A DNA stretch of 64,000 nucleotides from contig OZ242214.1 of NCBI GenBank assembly GCA_965206595.1, positions 384,001-448,000 of the forward strand, read 5' to 3'. The notes below the pieces were generated by a model, which had not been told where the DNA came from, did no database searches, and was given only the letters and a program-made list of their open reading frames with translations. Every line of letters starts with the position of its first letter. Position 1 is the first letter of the stretch. Below are positions 18,479-30,321 of the stretch, in pieces. This DNA comes from Candidatus Latescibacterota bacterium (GTDB lineage Bacteria > Latescibacterota > UBA2968 > UBA8231). Position numbers and translations under genes: made by a program.

Positions 18479-19820
18479 GAGGTGGACCCCATTCTTTGGA
18501 CAGCCGGACAGCAGGATTAGGTGGATTCATTGTGGTTAATTTGCTGCCCTGTCCTTCTTGTTCTGGAGTCCCCTGAAACCTCCTTTCCGACTCTGCAAGA
18601 TCGCCGTTTTGCTGGGTGCAGGATCGTCCACCCGTCCTTGGCAAATTGTCCACACCGTCCCCCCTTCCCTGTTCATGCCGCCCTGCGCCGGGTGTATTCT
18701 TCCATAGGCGTCCGGTCGCCGGCCAGGCTGGAATGAGGCCGCTCTTCGTTGTACTAGCGAAGCCAAGCCGCGATCATCTGACGCGCCTGCCGTCCATCCT
18801 GAAAGTCGTGCAGATAGACACACTCGTATTTTAGGGAGCGCCAGAGACGCTCGATGAAGACGTTGTCCATCCATCGCCCCTTGCCGTCCATCGAGATCGC
18901 TACCCCGGCTTGCTCGAGGACCTCGGTGAACTCCCGACTCGTAAACTGGCTGCCCTGGTCGGTGTTGAAGATGTCCGGTTTTCCGTAGCGGGCCAGGGCC
19001 TCCCGCAAGGCCTCCCGGCAGAGCGCACTGTCCTGGGTATTCGACAGCCGCCACGAAAGCACCGTGCGCGTCGCCCAGTCCATGATCGCCACCAGATAAA
19101 GAAAACCACGCTGCATCGGGATATAGGTCACGTCCGCGCACCACACCTGGTTCGGCCGCTCGATCCTGAGATGGCCGAGACGATACGGATAGATCCGATG
19201 GGACCCATCCGGCGACGACGTCTGCGGCTTGCGGTAGATGGCCGTCAGTCCCATCTGTCGCATCAATCGACGCACGCGCTTGCGCCCGACCCCATGGCCT
19301 TGGCGCCGCAGCTGACGGGCCATCTGCCGGGACCCATACCAGGGCGTGGCCAGAAACTGTTCGTCGATGGTGCGCATCAACTGCCGGTTGAAGGAACTTT
19401 CCCCTCGACCCGCGTAGTACTAGGTGGATCGCGAGAGGGCAACCAAGGTGCACTGGCGCACGATAGGGAGCCGGGGATGATCCGCATCGATCATCGCTTC
19501 CCTTCGGTCGCGGCTCAACGGCCGAAGGCGCGAGACAAAAAATCGTTCTCGACGGTCAGCTGGCCGATCTTGGCGTGCAGCGCCTTGACCTCCGCCTCAT
19601 GGTCGGCGGCGCGGGAAGAGGTCTTGCGGGCGAACGCCTCGGGCAGGCTCTCCCGGGCCTGCCGTTTCCACTGCGCAATCACGTTGGGGTGCAGGTGATG
19701 CTTGGCGGCGAGCTCGGCCATCTTGGGCGGAGAAGCTACGTCGTTTTCCCATGTCTCCAGTCCTTCCGTAGAGGGGTTGGATCCACCTAACGTAACTGTC
19801 CGAATTCCGGGGGCCACCTC
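18479..19820 (-). mobile_element. IS3-family element, inactivated
   Basis: Imperfect IRs GAGGTGGACCCC..TGGACAG / CTGTCCGA..GGGGCCACCTC; orfA with LHAKIGQLTVENDFL; orfB integrase core WCADVTY, TDQGSQF, DNVFIERLWRSLKYE; two in-frame TAG stops; no TSD. Confidence 0.9.
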
Positions 19821-20175
19821 TCTATTTCCACACTGTTCATTCATTCAGGACTCCCTGTCGTTCCTAGCCGGCTCATTCGCTTTCCTGCTGTTTATCGTCA
19901 CCGTCAGTATTCTCCTTAGGAGAATACCCGTCTTTCACCTTGCCTGTCGGCCTCCGCAAAAATCGTGCCACCTGTTCGGCTTGCCGGTCAATTTCGTCCT
20001 GATTGTACAATCATTGCGCTCCTCCCTGTATTCTCCTGTCGCTTATGGTCATAAACCATAATTCCCCTTGCCCATCTGTCAACAGAACCATAAAATCTAC
20101 TATTTTCTCCCCTGTCACTCTACTGCGTGGAGACCCTCGAAGTGTCGGGTCTCTCATAGACGAAGGAGACTGAGG

Positions 20176-23100
20176 ATGAGGAACTTCACTCCCATTCTAT
20201 TTCTATCCGTTGTTCTCTCGTCCATGGGCCATCCCGCGTCCTCCTCGGCCGAGGGCACGGGTTTCTGCCTGCCTGTCGATTCGGAGAGGCTTGAGCGCCA
20301 TCTGCAACGCCCCGCGGCCAAGCCGGCCCTGTTGAATGCGGGAGAGCCGCGCACCGTGCGAATGATCTACTTCGTATCCGATCCGCAAGCGTTCAGGCAA
20401 GAAGTAGTTGATAAGATGAAATCTACGATTCGGGAGGTGCAGCGTATTTTTGCCGACCAGATCAGGGCGCACGGATTCGGAGAGAGAACCTTCCGTTTTG
20501 AGAGGGATGCACAAAATGAACCCATGGTTCATATCGCATATGGTGCCGGAGGTACTTACGACCATTGGGGTGCCCTCGAACGTATTCAACAGGAATATGA
20601 TCTCAATTCAAATATTTACTTCATCGTCCTAGGCAATGAAGAAGATATTAAATTTCGAAATGTATTAGGGCTTGGTCTCCAAGAGTCAAGAACCGGTGGA
20701 TGGGCGATGTTGAGACAATATATTGACCCGAATTTCGTTGTCAGGGCGGCCCATGAACTGGGACATGCTTTCGGATTGTGGCACAATTTCAACGACGGGG
20801 CCCACATCATGTCATACGGTCGTGGACGAAATAGGTTATCCGAGCTCAGCGCCGGGCATCTGGCCGTACACCCCCATTTCAATCCTGATAGTCCAACGGA
20901 GACGCTTCCTGAGAGCGAGTTGCCAACGGGTCAGGTTCTTTCGTCGCGTTCATATCGGACAGGAGCGACAAGCGTCCCTATTCAACTTGAACTCAGCCAC
21001 CCTGACGGTCTTCAGCAAGTATCTCTATTTGTTACAACACCAGAAACCCACTTTTCCGCAGGCTCTCCCGAATTGAAGACAGGTCGTCTATTAGGGGGGG
21101 TGACGAATGCGATTGTTGACTTCGAGTATGACGGCATTATTCCATCGGACAGAGACCATGCGAATCTCTCCACCCTTCTTACGCACAGGATGGAGTTCGA
21201 GGTTGTGGATATGCTCGGCAATATCGGCAAAATAGGCCTATCGCTGCTGCATAATTCGACCCACAAACTCGTCATCTCCCTGGACAGGAGAAAGAGAAAT
21301 GGCGCCTATGGGGTGGCCTTTTCTCCCGATGGGAAAGTCCTCGCCTCAGGGTCAGAGAATCAAACCGTTGAACTGTGGAACGCAGAGACAGGCGAACATA
21401 TCGCCACACTCTCAGGATATGAGGGTCGGGGGTATCACCGCCGGGTCAACTCTGTGGCCTTTTCTCCCGATGGCACAATCCTCGCCACGGGAACATGGGA
21501 AGGCACGATCAAGCTATGGGATATGGAAACAAGAACAGAGATCATCACCTTCGAGCATGGCGGTGATGAGGGGCGGATCATGTCTTTGGCGTTTTCGCCC
21601 GATGGAAAGATCCTCGCCTCAGCGTTGACGGATGATTGGACAAGTCCAGCACACACGATCAAGCTGTGGGACATGGCAACAAAAACCGAGATCGCCACCC
21701 TTAGCGGCCATAGTAATGGTGTCCAGAGCGTGTCGTTTTCACCGGATGGAAAAACCCTTGCTTCAGGTGCTTTTGATAGCACAATCAGGCTATGGGATGT
21801 GGCGACAAAAACCCAGATTGCCTACCTCCCCTATGAGAACACGGTTACTTCTGTATCGTTCTCACCGGATGGAAAAACCCTCATTTCGGGTGCTTTTAAT
21901 AACAAACTCGCTTTTTGGGACGTGGATAAAAAAACCTTTAAGGATCAGTTTGAGGTAAGCAAACAAAGTATTCTGCGCTATGTGTCATTTACCCCCGATG
22001 GCGAAAAAATTGTCTCCGCGATACAGGGGGGGGATATTAAACTTTGGGAGATAGATGGGGATACAAACACATACGAAAGAATCGCGGCATTTCAAGGGGC
22101 CAGCGGAGAGAAACTGTTTTCCAATTCTGGGTCATTTTCCCCTGATGGCACAACTTTCGCCACGTCATTAGGCAATTATGGAAAGGGGGATTACACCATC
22201 GTCTTGTGGGATATGTCGCCTTATGTCACACCCGTAGTACATATCGCCGACTTCAACCTCAAAGCGGCAATTCGAGAAACACTGGGCAAATCCGGTTACG
22301 GACCTATCACCAGGACAGATATAGCGCGGTTGACCACGCTCAATGTGAGCAACCGAAATATCCGCGATTTAATCGGGCTTGAGTTTGCAACCAATCTGAC
22401 CACATTGAATCTTGAGGGCAATCCGCTGAATCCGTTAGCCGCCAATACCCATCTGCCAGCCTTGGAAGCCAGGGGTGTTGAGGTCTTGTTCTCGCGTATG
22501 GTTGAGGTCCTGATCAAGCTCTCGGGGGATAGCCAGCAGGCGCCGTCGGGCACTCAAGTTCAGGACCCCTTTGTGGTCGAAGTTCTGGATCAGAACGGGA
22601 TGGTCCTGCCCGGAGCCGTGGTGGCGTTTTCGGTCATCGAGGGGGAGGGGACCCTTTCTGTTTTTACCGACACCACCGACGCAAGGGGCCGCGCCTCCAC
22701 CGCCCTGACCATCGGGCAAGGGAGTGGGACCATCACCGTGGAGGTGAGGGTGAATGGCCTGGAGCCGCAGATCTTCACGGCCACGGTTATCGCCATCGCC
22801 GACTTCAACGGCGACGGAGTGACAGGTTTAGACGACTTCTTCCTCTTCGCCGAGGCTTTCGGCGGAACGGATCCCCGCTTCGACCTGGACGGCAGCGGCA
22901 CGGTGGACTTTCCCGACTTCTTCCTCTTCGCCGAGAACTTCGGGAAGACGGCGCGCGCCAAGCTGCTGGCCATGGCCAGCGAGCGGATCGGCCTGCCCGA
23001 GGGTTCGCAGCTTCGGCAGAACGCGCCCAACCCCTTCAACAGCCGCACCGTGATTTCCTGGTTCCAGCTGCACCCCGGGGAGGTGCAGCTGGAGGTGTTC

Positions 23101-23277
23101 GCCCTAACCGGCCAGCGGGTGGCGGTGCTGCACGAGGGTGCAAAGAAGATCGGCCTCCACCGCCTCACTTGGGACGGGCGGAGTGACCAGGGCCGCCCCC
23201 TGGCCAGCGGAGTATACGTGTACCGGCTGGTGACGGCCGAAGGAGCGTGGACCCGCAAGCTCACCCTGCTTCGTTGA
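20176..23277 (+). CDS. Secreted zincin metallopeptidase + WD40 repeats + LRR-like + Big-1 + dockerin/EF-hand-like + FlgD-Ig/T9SS-like tail
   Basis: Signal peptide, HELGHAFGLWH, repeated FSPDG..LASG..LWD, DFNGDG..DFFLFA pair, QNAPNPFN...LASGVYVY. Confidence 0.85.
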   Translation: MRNFTPILFLSVVLSSMGHPASSSAEGTGFCLPVDSERLERHLQRPAAKPALLNAGEPRTVRMIYFVSDPQAFRQEVVDKMKSTIREVQRIFADQIRAHGFGERTFRFERDAQNEPMVHIAYGAGGTYDHWGALERIQQEYDLNSNIYFIVLGNEEDIKFRNVLGLGLQESRTGGWAMLRQYIDPNFVVRAAHELGHAFGLWHNFNDGAHIMSYGRGRNRLSELSAGHLAVHPHFNPDSPTETLPESELPTGQVLSSRSYRTGATSVPIQLELSHPDGLQQVSLFVTTPETHFSAGSPELKTGRLLGGVTNAIVDFEYDGIIPSDRDHANLSTLLTHRMEFEVVDMLGNIGKIGLSLLHNSTHKLVISLDRRKRNGAYGVAFSPDGKVLASGSENQTVELWNAETGEHIATLSGYEGRGYHRRVNSVAFSPDGTILATGTWEGTIKLWDMETRTEIITFEHGGDEGRIMSLAFSPDGKILASALTDDWTSPAHTIKLWDMATKTEIATLSGHSNGVQSVSFSPDGKTLASGAFDSTIRLWDVATKTQIAYLPYENTVTSVSFSPDGKTLISGAFNNKLAFWDVDKKTFKDQFEVSKQSILRYVSFTPDGEKIVSAIQGGDIKLWEIDGDTNTYERIAAFQGASGEKLFSNSGSFSPDGTTFATSLGNYGKGDYTIVLWDMSPYVTPVVHIADFNLKAAIRETLGKSGYGPITRTDIARLTTLNVSNRNIRDLIGLEFATNLTTLNLEGNPLNPLAANTHLPALEARGVEVLFSRMVEVLIKLSGDSQQAPSGTQVQDPFVVEVLDQNGMVLPGAVVAFSVIEGEGTLSVFTDTTDARGRASTALTIGQGSGTITVEVRVNGLEPQIFTATVIAIADFNGDGVTGLDDFFLFAEAFGGTDPRFDLDGSGTVDFPDFFLFAENFGKTARAKLLAMASERIGLPEGSQLRQNAPNPFNSRTVISWFQLHPGEVQLEVFALTGQRVAVLHEGAKKIGLHRLTWDGRSDQGRPLASGVYVYRLVTAEGAWTRKLTLLR

Positions 23278-23339
23278 AGCGGGGCAGCAGAGCGAAGCTG
23301 ATGCAAGATACCTCTGACTCGCCGGCGGTTGGATGGAGC

Positions 23340-23456
23340 CTATCGTCCTGTCCCAGGAATATTTTGAATAAATATGGTTTCCTCATTAGGTTCCTGTCTA
23401 GCGATATCGCAAGGAGGGAACCTATGCCAATGGGACGTCCCCTGAAGCCGCTCTGA
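23340..23456 (+). mobile_element. Possible IS630-type 5' remnant
   Basis: Strong RBS aaggagg followed by MPMGRPLKPL*, resembling the start of IS630 transposases; abruptly truncated. Confidence 0.35.
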
Positions 23457-23529
23457 AAGGGATCAGGAACTTCCTGAATCCTGCGTCCAGAGACTATAGA
23501 AGAGTTTGCGGGATACGTCTAATAAAAAT

Positions 23530-24750
23530 GGCTCGTCAGTAGAATTCGTGGGTGAATTGTGGCTCGGGTAAATCGCCGAGCTGATGGAATGAAGCGATTT
23601 GGAGTGCCTTGAAGGTGCGGCATCCGAATGCTTTTCTCCCTGTCAGATTCCATTTCAGGTTCAAGCCCTCGACCATGCCGTTGTTGAACTGCTTCCTGGC
23701 CCTGGACCAATTGAGGATGAGCTCTTGGTGACGCCGCAGCATTCCGGCGATGTCTTTCATCGGTTCGATGTTGCTTCTCATCGTACGGAAACACCCGCGC
23801 TGGAGGAACTTCTCAGCCCACGCGGAGTAGGTGTAGTCCCAGAAGCGCTGGAAGTCCTCCTTGAGCAGGTAGGCTCTGACCGTCCGCAGGTTCATCTTCA
23901 ATAGCTCCGACAGCTTCAAGCCTTGGGAGTCGCTTCTGGTCGAGGAAACGGGTCGGCTCCTGCTCGCCGCCGGCTTCCTGCTTGCGCCGGTGCTCCTGCT
24001 CCCGTTCGGTAAAGCCGTCGTTCAAGGCCTTCTTCGTCCGCTTCTCGCCCATCCACAACAGGCGGCGGCGGTGGGGGTCGATCTGGTACAGCAACGTCAG
24101 ATAATGAGGCCCCTTACGATACTGGATTTCATCCACGCCGAGGGCCGTGACCTGGTCGAGGCAGCGATGAGCGAGCCCATAGTCCACGACGTACTGGACG
24201 GAGTGGTAGACCTTGTCCCAACGGGTCCGGAAGGAACGCGCCACCTCGATCCACGACAGTTTTTTGGCCCCCTGGGCCAGGAAGCAGCGGTAGAGGTCGG
24301 TCAGGTGGTGCTTGCCCGTGCTCCAGGGGACCTTCTCGACGACCACCCGGCCGCAGGCTTTGCAGGCAACCCGGCGCATGCGATACACCAGAAAGACCGG
24401 AAACCCCCAGAGGGGAACAAACTCGAACAGCCGGGCCTCGGGGGCCGTGTCATAGGTGGGGGCCAAGTGACCGCAGCCGCTGCACGCGCCCCGGGAGTTT
24501 TTCCGTGGCCTTATCCTCACCATTATCCTTCCGTGCCGGTCAAAATGACTGCCCTCAAACACAAACCGCTTGAAGGTCGTGCACCGGTTTAGTACCGTGA
24601 TCAGGCGCATCATTCCCTCCACAGGTAGTTGGGTTCCGTCTTGGTGGACTGTCCCAACATACCGGGGGATGATGCGCCTGGGCTACCTGGCCTCCTCTAT
24701 TCCCATCGCCGCAGCCTCCCCTCCTCACCCACAGATTCTCCAGAGGAGCC
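23530..24750 (-). mobile_element. ISL3-family element with internally deleted transposase
   Basis: IRs GGCTCGTCAGTAGAATTCGTGGGTGA / TCACCCACAGATTCTCCAGAGGAGCC; zinc finger CSGC...CKAC, GVDE, NGMVEGLN; split into two ORFs by a deletion near 23930. Confidence 0.88.
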
Positions 24751-24828
24751 TCCTTTTTCGAAAAACCCTCCCTATCGAATCTGTACTGCTCCACTCCGTT
24801 CCCCTCGCCTGAGGCCGGGAATCGGGGT

Positions 24829-26258
24829 GTGGTATTTCGAGCTACTTCGCTCCAACTCCAGGAAGTAATGGTCCAATACATTACGGATCTATCTTCCTAC
24901 AAGACTTGGGGAGAAGAAATAACGGTCCAGAAACTCATCCTGTTCGACGATGGCCAACACGACGATCTGAAGGAGGGGGACCTCGTATACGGCAACCGTC
25001 TCGTGCTGCCGGAAAACTACACTGGCCTGGTCCCCTATTCTTTCAGATCAGGAGACTACAGCTATCCTCAAAACGGGTTATTCTATATCAATTACGTGGC
25101 GACGAAGACCTACGCCTTGAATGTGAGTCACGCTGGTTTCGAAGATTACAAACGGCTGCGGATCGGAGACGTTTACCAGGTACGGAATGGATATTTCGTT
25201 GAAATTATCAACACCGGTGAGTTGCAGTTGGACCTGTCCTACTGCAGTTTCGAATCCGGGGAATATTTCAACCGTTTCATGTTCCCACCCGATACGAAAA
25301 TTGGAGCGGGTGCAAGCATTATACTCTCCTCAAATAGAGAGGTCGCCAGCGGGCTGTTTTCAGATTCTCCGGCAATTGGCAATTTTTTTTCGAGGTTTCC
25401 CTTGATGACACGATGAGACTGTTGACCCCGGCTCTGACGGAAATGGCTACCCGCGTCAATGAAACCTACAGCCCCATAGACGTGACTTCGCCAGCGATTG
25501 TAATTAACGAAATAAACTATCACTCGGCGGACGAACTTGATACGGGAGATTGGGTCGAATTATACAATCCCAATGATTTATCCGTCGATCTTTCCGGTTG
25601 GTATTTTCAAGACGGGAATATCCGGCATTCCTTCGCGTTGCCGGAGGGTACGCTTGTCGAACCGCGCGGCTTCCTCGTATTATGCCAAGATCGCAAGGCC
25701 CTGGAATGGCTCTCGGGAACCACATGCATCGGAGACTTCGATTTCGGATTGAGGAACAGCGGAGAACTCGTTAGCCTGTTCGACCGCCATGGATTACAAG
25801 TCGATTCAATCGCCTATGGAGATAGTAGTCCGTGGCCGGAGGAGGCGGACGGCGACGGTCCGACGCTGGAATTGCGTCATTATGAGCTGGATAATTCGGA
25901 ACCCTCGAATTGGCTGGCTTCCATCTCTCCGGGGGGAACTCCGGGCGGGGTGAACAGCGCCTACGAATTTCGCGGAACGACCGGATTTGTGCGCTTTACG
26001 TTGTCAGAGGCGATTCCCAATCCATTTGTCTCCACAGTTCGGCTCGAACTCGACTTGGCAGAGAGGACTCCTGCTACACTTAAAGTATACAACGCACTAG
26101 GTCAGATGGAGGAGATACTGGCGGATGAAGTCTTAGCCAACGGAATTAGCCAGTTCACCTGGAATCCCCGGGAAAGAGGGGCTGGGGTCTACTTCATTTC
26201 TCTATACCTTGGCCGGCGGCTCGAAGCCGTACGAAAGGCAGTTTACCTAGGCGGATAG
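24829..26258 (+). pseudogene. 3' part of a lamin-tail-domain (CotH-type) secreted protein with T9SS-like tail; frameshift at a poly-T run near 25385
   Basis: VINEINY...DWVELYN...DLSGW lamin-tail motif, GGTPG, PNPF...GVYF tail; 5' end lost near the ISL3. Confidence 0.65.
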
Positions 26259-26288
26259 GCTAACGGAACGCGTATGGAGTAATCCACT

Positions 26289-26660
26289 TCACCTTTTGAT
26301 GTTCGAGCGGAACCAATCCGCGAGCGTGGCTTCATCGATGCGGTCAGCGGCGACACCTTTCCATGATGCGGACGGCGTCCAAAGGCTAGAACTCGAGGTG
26401 TTGGCCGTTGTTCGGCAAGGAACAGGGGGGCGACCACCGAGGCGGTCGCCCTTGTTGCCGTCGATGAAGCCGTGGTTTCTGGCCAGGCCCCAGGCGTAGT
26501 CCGCGGGCAGCGCCGCCGCATCCGGATTTCCGTAGCGTCCGAGGTTCAGCGGACGGGCAAAGGGCGGATTCGACCATTCCCGGGTCACGGATCCCGTCTT
26601 CTCCGCCGTGCTCGGCGAGCTGGCGGTCGTGGATCGCAAGAACAACCCGGGATGGGTGGC
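26289..26660 (-). pseudogene. Doc/Fic (death-on-curing) toxin remnant
   Basis: AIHDRQLAEHGG..GIRDPGMVESAL and ARNHGFIDGNK across several frameshifts. Confidence 0.75.
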
Positions 26661-26773
26661 GGCGCTCAGGATCGGCTCACGGGCGCCGCTGGGAGAATGC
26701 TTGCGCCTCGCCGATGCCGCGCCCAGGCCAAGGTGCCGCCCCAACTGCTGCGTCCGGCCGGCCCTCCTCGAAC

Positions 26774-28270
26774 TCATATGGCCCTCGCCAGCAGCTCTTC
26801 CGGGGTGGTGCCGGCCCCGGGAAGCTCACCGACGATGCCGCCTCCCTTCATCACGTAGATGCGGTTGCACAGCCGCAGCAGCTCGGGGATCTCCGAGGAG
26901 ATGACGATCACCGCCAGCCCCCGCTCCGCCATTTCCCGCAGCAGGCGGTAGATCTCGAAGCGGGCGCCGACGTCGATGCCCCGGGTCGGCTCGTCGACGA
27001 ACAGCACCTCGAGGTTCTGCTTGAGCAGCCAGCGCGCCACCAGAACCTTCTGCTGGTTGCCGCCGCTGAGCACGGCGATCCGCTGCTGCAGGGAAGGAGT
27101 GCGGATCGACAGTTCCTCGACGAAGGCCGCGGCCGCGGCCCGTTCGCGGGAAGGGCTGATGATCCCGCGAACGCAGAAGCGGTCGAGGGCGGCGACGGTC
27201 ATGTTGTGCAGCACCGGCTGCTCCGGGAAGAGCCCTCCGCCGCGGCGGTCCTCGGGGACCAGTCCGACGCCGAGGCGCCGGGCGGCCGCGGTCGAGTCGG
27301 GGGGGAGCCGCTGCCCGCCGACCTCGATCTCCCCCTGGCGGCGTCGGTCCGCCCCCAGCACGGCGCGGGCGAGCTCGGTGCGGCCGGCCCCCATCAGCCC
27401 GGAGAAGCCGACGATCTCCCCTCGGTGCGCGCGGAAGCTGACGTCCCGCACCCGGGCGGTCGACAGGTTCCGCACTTCAATGGCGATCTCGCCGCTGCCG
27501 GCCGGGGCCGGCGCCGTCTCCGAGCCGAGCGGCCGTCCCGCCATGAGGGAGATCAGCCGTTCGCCGTCGAGCTCCTCCACCGGGGCGGTGCGCATCAGCC
27601 TGCCGTCCCGCAGCACGCTGACCCGGTCGGAGAGCGCGAGGATCTCCTCGAGCTTGTGCGACACGTACACGATCGCCACCCCCTCCTGCTGCAGCCGCCG
27701 GATCAGCGCGAACAGCCGCTCGATCTCGCGCGGGCTGAGGGCGGAGGTGGGTTCGTCGAGAATGAGGACACGGGCCGCCTGCGTCAGCGCCTGCGCCACC
27801 TCGACGAGCTGCTGCTCGCCGATGCCTAGGTGCCGGACCTGCCGCCGCGGGTCGAGCTCGAGGCCGACCTGGCCGAGGGCCGCGGCCGCCTCCTCGTGAA
27901 GGCGCCGCCAGGCCACCCGCCCCCGGCGGGAGGGCAGCCGTCCGAAGAAGATGTTCTCCGCCACCGACAGGGTGGGAACCAGCTTCGGCTCCTGGTAGAC
28001 GACGCTGATCCCGGCGGCGATCGCCGCTCGCGGACTGTCCGCGGCGGCCGGGCGGCCGTCGATGGAGTACGAGCCCCCGTCCGGCTGGTGCACCCCTGTG
28101 AGGATCTTGATCAGCGTCGATTTGCCGGCCCCGTTCTCGCCGACGATGGAGTGCACCTCTCCCCGTCGCAGATCGAAGTCGACCTCGGCCAGGGCCTGCA
28201 CCCCGGGGAAACGCTTGTCGATCCCGCGCAGGTCGAGGAGCGGTTCGCCGTTCCGGTCCGGGGGGATCAC
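26774..28270 (-). CDS. Sugar ABC transporter ATP-binding protein (RbsA-like)
   Basis: GENGAGKST, LDEPT, LSGGNQQK, DEPTRGID; GTG start at 28270. Confidence 0.92.
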   Translation of the reverse strand: MIPPDRNGEPLLDLRGIDKRFPGVQALAEVDFDLRRGEVHSIVGENGAGKSTLIKILTGVHQPDGGSYSIDGRPAAADSPRAAIAAGISVVYQEPKLVPTLSVAENIFFGRLPSRRGRVAWRRLHEEAAAALGQVGLELDPRRQVRHLGIGEQQLVEVAQALTQAARVLILDEPTSALSPREIERLFALIRRLQQEGVAIVYVSHKLEEILALSDRVSVLRDGRLMRTAPVEELDGERLISLMAGRPLGSETAPAPAGSGEIAIEVRNLSTARVRDVSFRAHRGEIVGFSGLMGAGRTELARAVLGADRRRQGEIEVGGQRLPPDSTAAARRLGVGLVPEDRRGGGLFPEQPVLHNMTVAALDRFCVRGIISPSRERAAAAAFVEELSIRTPSLQQRIAVLSGGNQQKVLVARWLLKQNLEVLFVDEPTRGIDVGARFEIYRLLREMAERGLAVIVISSEIPELLRLCNRIYVMKGGGIVGELPGAGTTPEELLARAI

Positions 28271-29236
28271 GGGTTGGCCAGCAGCCGGCGCAGAACCGAA
28301 TCGCGGCGGCGCCGGTCGAGGTACACGGCGAGGATGATGACGAGGCCGCGGGCGATGTCGTGGTAGAAGGAGGAGACGTTGAGCAGCACGAGACCGTTGT
28401 TCAGCACCGTGAGGATGAGGATGCCGAGGATCGCCCCGGCCAGCGAACCGACCCCCCCGGTCAGGCTGACCCCCCCCGAGCACGACCGCGGCGATCACCT
28501 GCAGCTCGAAGCCGAGCCCGGCGTTCGGCTGCCCGGAGTTGAGGCGCGAGGCGAGGATGAAGGCGCTGATCGCGGCCATGGCCCCGCCGATGGCGAACAC
28601 CGTCACCTTGATCCGCTCGACCGGAAGGCCGGCGAGGCGGGCGGCCTCGGCGTTGCCGCCGACGGCGTAGATGTAGCGGCCGAAGGGGGTGTGGTGGAGG
28701 ATGAAGTAGAAGAGGGCGAAGAAGAAGGCGGCGACTGCGACCGGCAGCGGCAGGGGGCCGAGGTGGCCGGTGCCGATGTCGCTGAAGCCGGGGACCGCCG
28801 CCTGTATGGAGACCGCCTGCGTCGACACCATGGCGGTGCCGCGCAGGATCGCCATCATTCCCAGGGTGGCGATCAACGAGCTGATGCCGGCCCTCGTCAC
28901 CAGCAGGCCGTTGGCGACTCCGCAGGCGGCCCCGAGGCACAGGGCCGCGGCCAAGGCCAGGGCGATGCTGCCGCTGCCGTTGAGGACGAAAACCGCGAGA
29001 ATGCCGGCGACCGCCTGGGCCGAGCCGACGCTGAGGTCGATCTCCCCCTGCAGGATGATCAGGGCCATGCCGATGCCGGCGATCGCCACCAGCGAGGCGT
29101 CGCGCAGGATGTTGGTGACGTTGGCCACCGTCAGGAAGACCGGAGACAGCGCGGCGATGACGGCGCACAGGAGCAGCAGGGCGATCAGCAGGCCGGCCTG
29201 CTCGCTGTGCAGCAGGCGCGACGGCAAGTTCGGCAT
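28267..29236 (-). CDS. Sugar ABC transporter permease (RbsC-like) with +1 frameshift in a G-run near 28475
   Basis: GEIDLSVG, GRYIYAVGGN, IAAVVLGG; removing one G restores VSLTGGVGS...LANP* (970 nt = 3n+1). Confidence 0.85.
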
Positions 29237-29255
29237 TCTCGGGCTGCTGTGCGGA

Positions 29256-30254
29256 CTATGGTGAAGCGGTCATCAGCCGGCGTACCGCCTCGATCTTCAT
29301 GGGGTAGCCTTCCTCGGGGCCGCCGTAGAACTGCGAGAAGTTGGCGCGCGTGATCATTATGGTGGGGGTCTCGTAATGCGCCGGCAGGGTCTTCCCGGCG
29401 GCGAGGCTGATGGCGGCGTCGACGATCGAGGTCCCGACGAAATGCGGGAACATCGCCAGCGCCGCCTTGTACGGCGTGTCCCCGAGCAGGGCGCTGCGTC
29501 CGACCGAGCCCTCGAACCCGAAGCCGATCGCTAGGAGCTCGCTCTCGTCGAGGCCGGCGGCGCGGTAGGCGGCCATGGCGCCGGTGGTCGAATCGTCGTT
29601 GATCCCGAAGAGGACGTTGACCTCCGGATGCGCGGTCAGGGCGTCCTGGGCAACCTTGAACGCCTTCTCCTTGAGGCCCTGTCCGTCGACTTCCTGGACC
29701 ACGGCGCCGGTGAGGCCGGCCTCGTCCACTGCGGAGACGAATCCGTCGACGCGCTGCCGGCAGTCCACGAAGTTCGGGTAGCCGACGACGAGAATTTTCG
29801 GGTCGATCCCGGTGGCGGCGAGGTGCTCGACGAACCAGTCCCCCGCCTTGCGGCCGGCGGCCCGGTTGTCGATGCCGACGTAGGTCTCGGCGCCGACGGC
29901 CGGGTTCGATTCGGTCAGCACGCGGATGCCCTGGGCGCGGGCGCGCTCGATAACGACGCCGAGTGCCTTGGCGTCGACCGGGGTCAGCGCCAGCACGTCG
30001 ACCCCCTGGGCGATCATGTTTTCGGCCTTGGAGATCTGCGCGGCGATATCGAGGTTGGCGTCGGCGATGACGATATCGACCCCGAGCTCGGCGGCGCGCG
30101 CCTCGGCCGCGGCACAGATGTTCTGGTACCACTCGTGCGACATGAAGTTGACGATGTAGCCGACCTTGAGGCGGCCTTCCGCTTCCGGTCCGCCGCGGCC
30201 GCAGCCGGCCAGGAAGGCGGCCGCAGCCAGGATCGGCAGCAGCAGGTTTCGCAT
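29256..30254 (-). CDS. Sugar ABC transporter substrate-binding lipoprotein
   Basis: LAGC lipobox; periplasmic binding fold motifs QISKAENMIAQGVD and GINDD. Confidence 0.9.
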   Translation of the reverse strand: MRNLLLPILAAAAFLAGCGRGGPEAEGRLKVGYIVNFMSHEWYQNICAAAEARAAELGVDIVIADANLDIAAQISKAENMIAQGVDVLALTPVDAKALGVVIERARAQGIRVLTESNPAVGAETYVGIDNRAAGRKAGDWFVEHLAATGIDPKILVVGYPNFVDCRQRVDGFVSAVDEAGLTGAVVQEVDGQGLKEKAFKVAQDALTAHPEVNVLFGINDDSTTGAMAAYRAAGLDESELLAIGFGFEGSVGRSALLGDTPYKAALAMFPHFVGTSIVDAAISLAAGKTLPAHYETPTIMITRANFSQFYGGPEEGYPMKIEAVRRLMTASP

Positions 30255-30321
30255 TCCCTTCTCTTTCTCAGTGCGGGTTTGCCCCGGGTTCGTGCGGCCG
30301 CCGCAGCGCCGGCGACGCGGA

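Noticed and set aside
20058-20071. 14-bp inverted match (ATAATTCCCCTTGC) to the island's left junction
   Set aside because: Too short, and part of the match lies in WD40 coding sequence; cannot be distinguished from chance
26774-29236. 820-aa permease-ATPase fusion in the ORF track
   Set aside because: Produced by one extra G in a G-run; correcting it gives a normal permease and ATPase with overlapping stop and start
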